64,000 nt of DNA from Octopus sinensis (Eukaryota): NCBI RefSeq assembly GCF_006345805.1, contig NC_042998.1:6324001-6388000 (forward strand), written 5' to 3'. Position 1 is the first letter of the stretch, and each line of letters begins with the position of its first letter. Of the stretch, positions 63,521 to 64,000 are shown one piece after another. Below the pieces are notes generated by a model. The model was not told the origin of the DNA and searched no databases. It saw only the letters and a program-made list of their open reading frames with translations. Made by a program: the position numbers and the translations under genes.

Positions 63521-64000
63521 CAATCAAGTGATGCTAATTCAATGAGCGAGTAATTAATTCAGTTAATCAAGTAACTGAATCCCCCTCATTATGTAGCTGT
63601 GTTGTTGAGGATTTGCTTCCGAAGCACATGCTCTCAGGTTTGGTCCCAATGCACAATACCTTGGACAAGTCATCTTCTATTAAGGCCCCAGGCTGACTAA
63701 GGCTTTGAGTAGATTTGGAAGGATAGAAACTAAAAGAAACTTACCATATATATATATATATATATATATAGCAAAAAATTCAGGAAAAATTTGGTTTTTT
63801 TGATTTTTGGCTGAATTTTTTCTTGAGAACACATTCTCCATGGAAAATGGCGATTTTGACGTCTCTATCTAGCATACAGGCTGTCCACTTTTAGTGGTCA
63901 TTCCTCTAAATTTTGTATACATATATATATATGGCCCCAGCATGGCCACAGCTCATAAGCTGAAACTGGAAAAATCAAAATCAAAAATCAAATAACTAAT

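Overview
AT-rich, repeat-dense metazoan genomic DNA; no prokaryotic features and no CRISPR array. The SINE/MITE families look like those I recall from Octopus genomes, so a coleoid cephalopod source is likely (recognition only, not verified). The only confidently identified host gene is the DEAD-box helicase DDX49/DBP8 on the minus strand. It is represented by two consecutive, phase-compatible exons (34183-34268 and 24432-24553) separated by a 9.6 kb intron; I could not find its other exons by eye. Most of the rest is mobile DNA: several tRNA-headed SINE families, (GAT)n-tailed LINE-like short elements, 3' ends of an RTE-like and an R4/Dong-like LINE, four Tc1/mariner relics plus a short fragment, TTAA-flanked piggyBac-type MITEs, three non-autonomous Helitrons, four foldback palindromes and long microsatellites. 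The most notable signal is a cluster of three different type I hammerhead-ribozyme motifs within about 700 bp (56.9-57.64 kb). Two have an intact catalytic core and one is core-mutated. Each sits in a separate short element whose 3' end docks on a (TA)n tract, as expected for Penelope-like or retrozyme-like retroelements. All structures were read and paired by hand. Family letters A-H and MITE-1/2 are my own labels, and repeat boundaries without a stated TSD are approximate.
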